DNA of 64,000 nt from the NCBI GenBank assembly GCA_943789375.1, contig CALSTX010000007.1, positions 17,696-81,695 on the forward strand. The letters are read 5' to 3'. The translations under genes and the position numbers were made by a program. The stretch comes from an uncultured Opitutales bacterium (GTDB lineage Bacteria; Verrucomicrobiota; Verrucomicrobiia; Opitutales; Seribacteraceae). The notes below the pieces were generated by a model that saw nothing but the letters and a program-made list of their open reading frames with translations, was not told where the DNA came from and did not search any database. Positions 60,629 through 64,000 of the stretch are shown here, piece by piece; the first letter of the stretch is position 1; the number at the start of each line of letters is the position of its first letter.

Positions 60629-63600
60629 ATGAATATAGTCTCTGAAATAAAAAAATCCAAAGCTCTTGGAATTAGTAATGGTTACGAAATAGGCTCGGAC
60701 CATTACAAAGAATTAGCAAACTACTCCAACCTAAAATTAGCCACACTTGGACTCCCGACAGTGGGAGATCAAACTGCAAACCCAGCCTTACGGTTGAGCA
60801 GGTCATTAGTAAAAGAATATCGTGAAAAAGTGAGGCTTTTAAGGGGTTACCTGTGCCCTGCGGATCAACGTATCCAAAACTTTCTCTCGTCTATCTTAGG
60901 TACAGATCGACCAAGCCTACCAACAGAATCTTTTGTTTTAGACAGGCATGGGCTTGCAAGAGTTACCTCCTTACCTCGGGATGGGAATAGCTTTACCTCC
61001 GAAATCATAAAATCCAAAAGGGTTGCGCAAGGGGTATTACATAACCCTTCTAGAGATCGGAGAACCACCTCCGGGGTCTTTCACGTTGCTGATGTTGGAC
61101 TCCCCGCTGCAGATGATAAGAAAGTTGTCCCTATTAATGCCGCCAAAGAATTGCTACGGATTGCACTCAATCCACCACAGGAAGATATGATTTTTCCTTT
61201 CGCTGCAAACGAAGAGGACCCTGCCAAGTGTTGGGTTTCGCTTCTGCTGAGACCGGTTGTCTGTCCTGCCGTAGAGGGTTATATTCGTGAAAAATCAATG
61301 GAAATACGTTTTTTCGCACCAGGCGGTTGTGTTGCAAACCTAGACTTTGTAGAAAGTATTTTTGGCAATGGAGGAGATCCATTCTTAGCTGAAAATGATT
61401 CGGGAATCGATATTGAGTCTTGGACCGGTCACACGGGCTGCGTGATTGTGGCTCCACACCTTGCAGGTACTCCTAAGCAAATGCTAAACCTTCCCAAAAA
61501 ATCTGAAGCTACTGAAAGACAGATTCGAGACGGAATGTATATTGATGAACCCAATGAACTCTACAATGACGGAACTCCATTTAAACTAACCTTCAGGGAT
61601 TCCAGTGGTATGGTTGTCACCGTGCTTGCAGATAATTATTTCGGGTATTGTAAAAAAGAGGTTAAAACTCAGATCAGTTTTTCTGCTAACCTTTCAGGTC
61701 TCGGTGAAGAAGAGCATGCTGGAGGTGCTGTCGTATTCCCAAGCTATGACTTGGGAGAAGAATTTGACCCGTTAGCTATTCTTCCCAAAACTCCGCATAA
61801 GCTTGAAGATACTATCACCACTCTTGGCTTTGAAAGCGTTGAATCATCGAACGGCACATTCTCTGACCCAAGCTTTTCTTCTGTCATTTTCATTCCAGAA
61901 AATGCAAGATTCAGTCTTAGGAAGCAGCAAGTCTCGTGGTTATACCATGGAGAAAATCATGCGATCAACCTGGTTCCAAACAACACATACATCCTTCCAT
62001 CAGGCTATAAGGTCGAGATGAAAAAAGTGGAGAATGATGGTCCATGGAAACTTGTGGGCACTGTTGGGGAAGGATTTCTTTGTCACAAACCTTGTACCGT
62101 CTCCGGAGGAGGTAAATCAGAAATTTCCAAGCCACTTACAGACGCAATCGTAAGTGGTCCAGTTTTTGTAGCAAACTGGGAAGAAGACCAAAGGCAAGCA
62201 AATGAAGTCTTAACTAAAGATTACTCTCTGAGGTTTAGGGACCCAAACAGTCATACGGTTAGAAATCGATCTATTCTTGATCCAGAAAGATCTCTTGGCT
62301 CTGTCATTAAACTTCTGACACCATCTCGTTCTCTTTATACAGATGAATTCAATCAATGGCTTGAATCGATTCCCCAACATGTTAAGGATTTAGTTTTAAT
62401 CATTAAGAGAAGATACCACGCAGATTGGGGAGATGATTGGCAAAAGTTTTTTAGTGTAGACTCAGTCAATGGACAGCCAGCCAATGAATTACGATTTAAC
62501 GGTGACAAATTAATTACCAGACTACTTAGAGTCGGCTTTGACCAAAATGGTTCATGGCGATTATTTGCCCTTAGGAAAGATTTTATTCCGGCAGAAAAAG
62601 TACTTGCAGAAGATGATATTACCGCATCCACTGTCGCCCCCATTCGATTACTCAATGAAATTGGGCCAGGGACCTTTAAAGAATCCGCAAAGTTCGTCCA
62701 TAATTGCGAGTATCGTTTATTTCAAAGACCTGATGATGCCATTCATCGAGGGTTTGATAAACAAACCGAAATAGATCTAGCGAGAAAAGGAAATTTTATT
62801 AGTAATTTCGAATGCTTGGATTCCGAAAATGCAAATGAACAAATAAACAAGACCTTATCTTTTGAAAAATATACCCAACCCATCCAAGATCTAATTCTTG
62901 ATGCATCTAAAAAATATGGGGATGAAAGCTTATTTGTTTCCTCGGCAAATCCCCGAATTGTAGATGGTAAACCTACGAAAAACCCTCGATACCTTCAAAC
63001 CAGACCTGACCTTCTGGATCCAATTTCTGTGTTTAAGGCACTTACTGGTACTCGCCTTCGCCGAAAACTTAATATTCAAAAATCAGTCTTATACCCTGTA
63101 CGTTCTGTTTTGCCCGGCAGACGAAATAATCCAGCTGATCCAATTGCTAAGGTACGACCATTATGCTGTTTTGCTCCGATTCATTATCTTGAGTTACCAG
63201 AGTTATTTATAGATTTCATTGTATCCGTTACCGGCAAATCTCCTTCAACCACAGGAGCGGGATCGGAAGGGGCTCTTACCAAAGCGCCTTTCAATGCTTT
63301 ACTGCCCATACACGACCTTAATGCTGCCCTCGTTTCTTATGCTGCCACAGGGCAGGGGGCCTTTGTTACTTCAGCCGGACATATTGGGCCTAAGTATAAA
63401 GTAAATCACGACATTAGCCTTCTCATACCAGAAATATGGAGTCGATTGCGGGATTATGAAAATGATCCACAAGATATGATCCAAAAGGGGTATTTGGAAA
63501 AAGTACCTTCCCTCGAGTTTAATGGGGAAAAACTGCCAACTGAATACCTTGGTTATCGAATAACCAATCGCTTTTCCCACGAATTCTTGGGGAGGATTTT

Positions 63601-64000
63601 TACCGATCCCACTTCTGTTCTTCCCAACGATATGATTAAGCCAGAACTTCAAGACAACAAAGAGTACGCTGATTCATTAAAGAACTTAGTAGAAGCAGGC
63701 CAACTTGTGGCAAAGCGCTATTTCAATGATGGCTCAGTTGAAAAAGCATGCCCTCCACTTAAAGCACTTCTCACTATTATGGCTGAAGGTCATTGGAAAG
63801 GGAAGGGGCTCATCGACCAAGAGTTTAGGGATCTTTTTGACCCCGAAGCTATTCTTCAGAGCACTTGGTATGAGAAGAGATTAGAAACTCGTATAGATAT
63901 TACCAAACAATATTGGCAGAATCGGATTAAATACTTAGAAAACTTTATATGTGATCATGCGAACCGAGATACCTGCGTACGCCTTAACATCTCAGAAAGA
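60629..64000 (+). CDS. Pyrophosphate-dependent phosphoenolpyruvate carboxykinase (PPi-PEPCK), runs off the window end; absent from the ORF track
   Basis: Manual translation from ATG 60629 gives, in one frame: LDRHGLAR, QGVLHNPSRDRRTT (61028), ADNYFGYCKKEVKTQISFSAN...EEEHAGGA (61628), HKPCTVSGGGKSEISK (about 62084), HYLELPELFIDF (63182), QSTWYEKRL near the end. Confidence 0.88.
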   Translation, partial: MNIVSEIKKSKALGISNGYEIGSDHYKELANYSNLKLATLGLPTVGDQTANPALRLSRSLVKEYREKVRLLRGYLCPADQRIQNFLSSILGTDRPSLPTESFVLDRHGLARVTSLPRDGNSFTSEIIKSKRVAQGVLHNPSRDRRTTSGVFHVADVGLPAADDKKVVPINAAKELLRIALNPPQEDMIFPFAANEEDPAKCWVSLLLRPVVCPAVEGYIREKSMEIRFFAPGGCVANLDFVESIFGNGGDPFLAENDSGIDIESWTGHTGCVIVAPHLAGTPKQMLNLPKKSEATERQIRDGMYIDEPNELYNDGTPFKLTFRDSSGMVVTVLADNYFGYCKKEVKTQISFSANLSGLGEEEHAGGAVVFPSYDLGEEFDPLAILPKTPHKLEDTITTLGFESVESSNGTFSDPSFSSVIFIPENARFSLRKQQVSWLYHGENHAINLVPNNTYILPSGYKVEMKKVENDGPWKLVGTVGEGFLCHKPCTVSGGGKSEISKPLTDAIVSGPVFVANWEEDQRQANEVLTKDYSLRFRDPNSHTVRNRSILDPERSLGSVIKLLTPSRSLYTDEFNQWLESIPQHVKDLVLIIKRRYHADWGDDWQKFFSVDSVNGQPANELRFNGDKLITRLLRVGFDQNGSWRLFALRKDFIPAEKVLAEDDITASTVAPIRLLNEIGPGTFKESAKFVHNCEYRLFQRPDDAIHRGFDKQTEIDLARKGNFISNFECLDSENANEQINKTLSFEKYTQPIQDLILDASKKYGDESLFVSSANPRIVDGKPTKNPRYLQTRPDLLDPISVFKALTGTRLRRKLNIQKSVLYPVRSVLPGRRNNPADPIAKVRPLCCFAPIHYLELPELFIDFIVSVTGKSPSTTGAGSEGALTKAPFNALLPIHDLNAALVSYAATGQGAFVTSAGHIGPKYKVNHDISLLIPEIWSRLRDYENDPQDMIQKGYLEKVPSLEFNGEKLPTEYLGYRITNRFSHEFLGRIFTDPTSVLPNDMIKPELQDNKEYADSLKNLVEAGQLVAKRYFNDGSVEKACPPLKALLTIMAEGHWKGKGLIDQEFRDLFDPEAILQSTWYEKRLETRIDITKQYWQNRIKYLENFICDHANRDTCVRLNISER

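Overview
A gene-dense, AT-rich (roughly 35-40% GC by eye) bacterial chromosomal segment. The gene set and divergent orthologues (PPi-type PEP carboxykinase, short ATP synthase delta, sulfatase and sialidase-fold genes, Wza/Wzc/beta-barrel export module) fit a marine Verrucomicrobiota (Opitutales-like) genome; this taxonomy is inference. Most of it is housekeeping: gltBD-thrH, ftsK, grpE-dnaJ-purN-prmA, gnd, gmk, miaB, recA-mnmE-mnmG-trmB, the atp operon and tRNA-Ile2. I see no IS element, integrase, prophage or CRISPR array. Apparent single-base insertions break gltB, a RodZ-like gene, atpD and atpC; most look like consensus errors. The most interesting region is about 21.9-34.0 kb. It holds a three-domain single-chain PII-like protein with a fused double-DUF1538 membrane protein that carries an EF-hand-like loop. 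Divergent from these is an operon with a 788-aa protein made of 21+ exact 36-residue repeats (invariant Arg13 and Gln28), a CyaB-like GAF-GAF-PAS-adenylate cyclase-TPR protein, and long TPR arrays. Together these may form an undescribed cAMP signalling and transport system. Other notable items: a sulfatase that has lost its visible catalytic residues, an AraC regulator with a C-terminal PAS domain, a switch-like structured intergenic RNA candidate, and tandem parS-like sites inside a loop insertion of mnmG.
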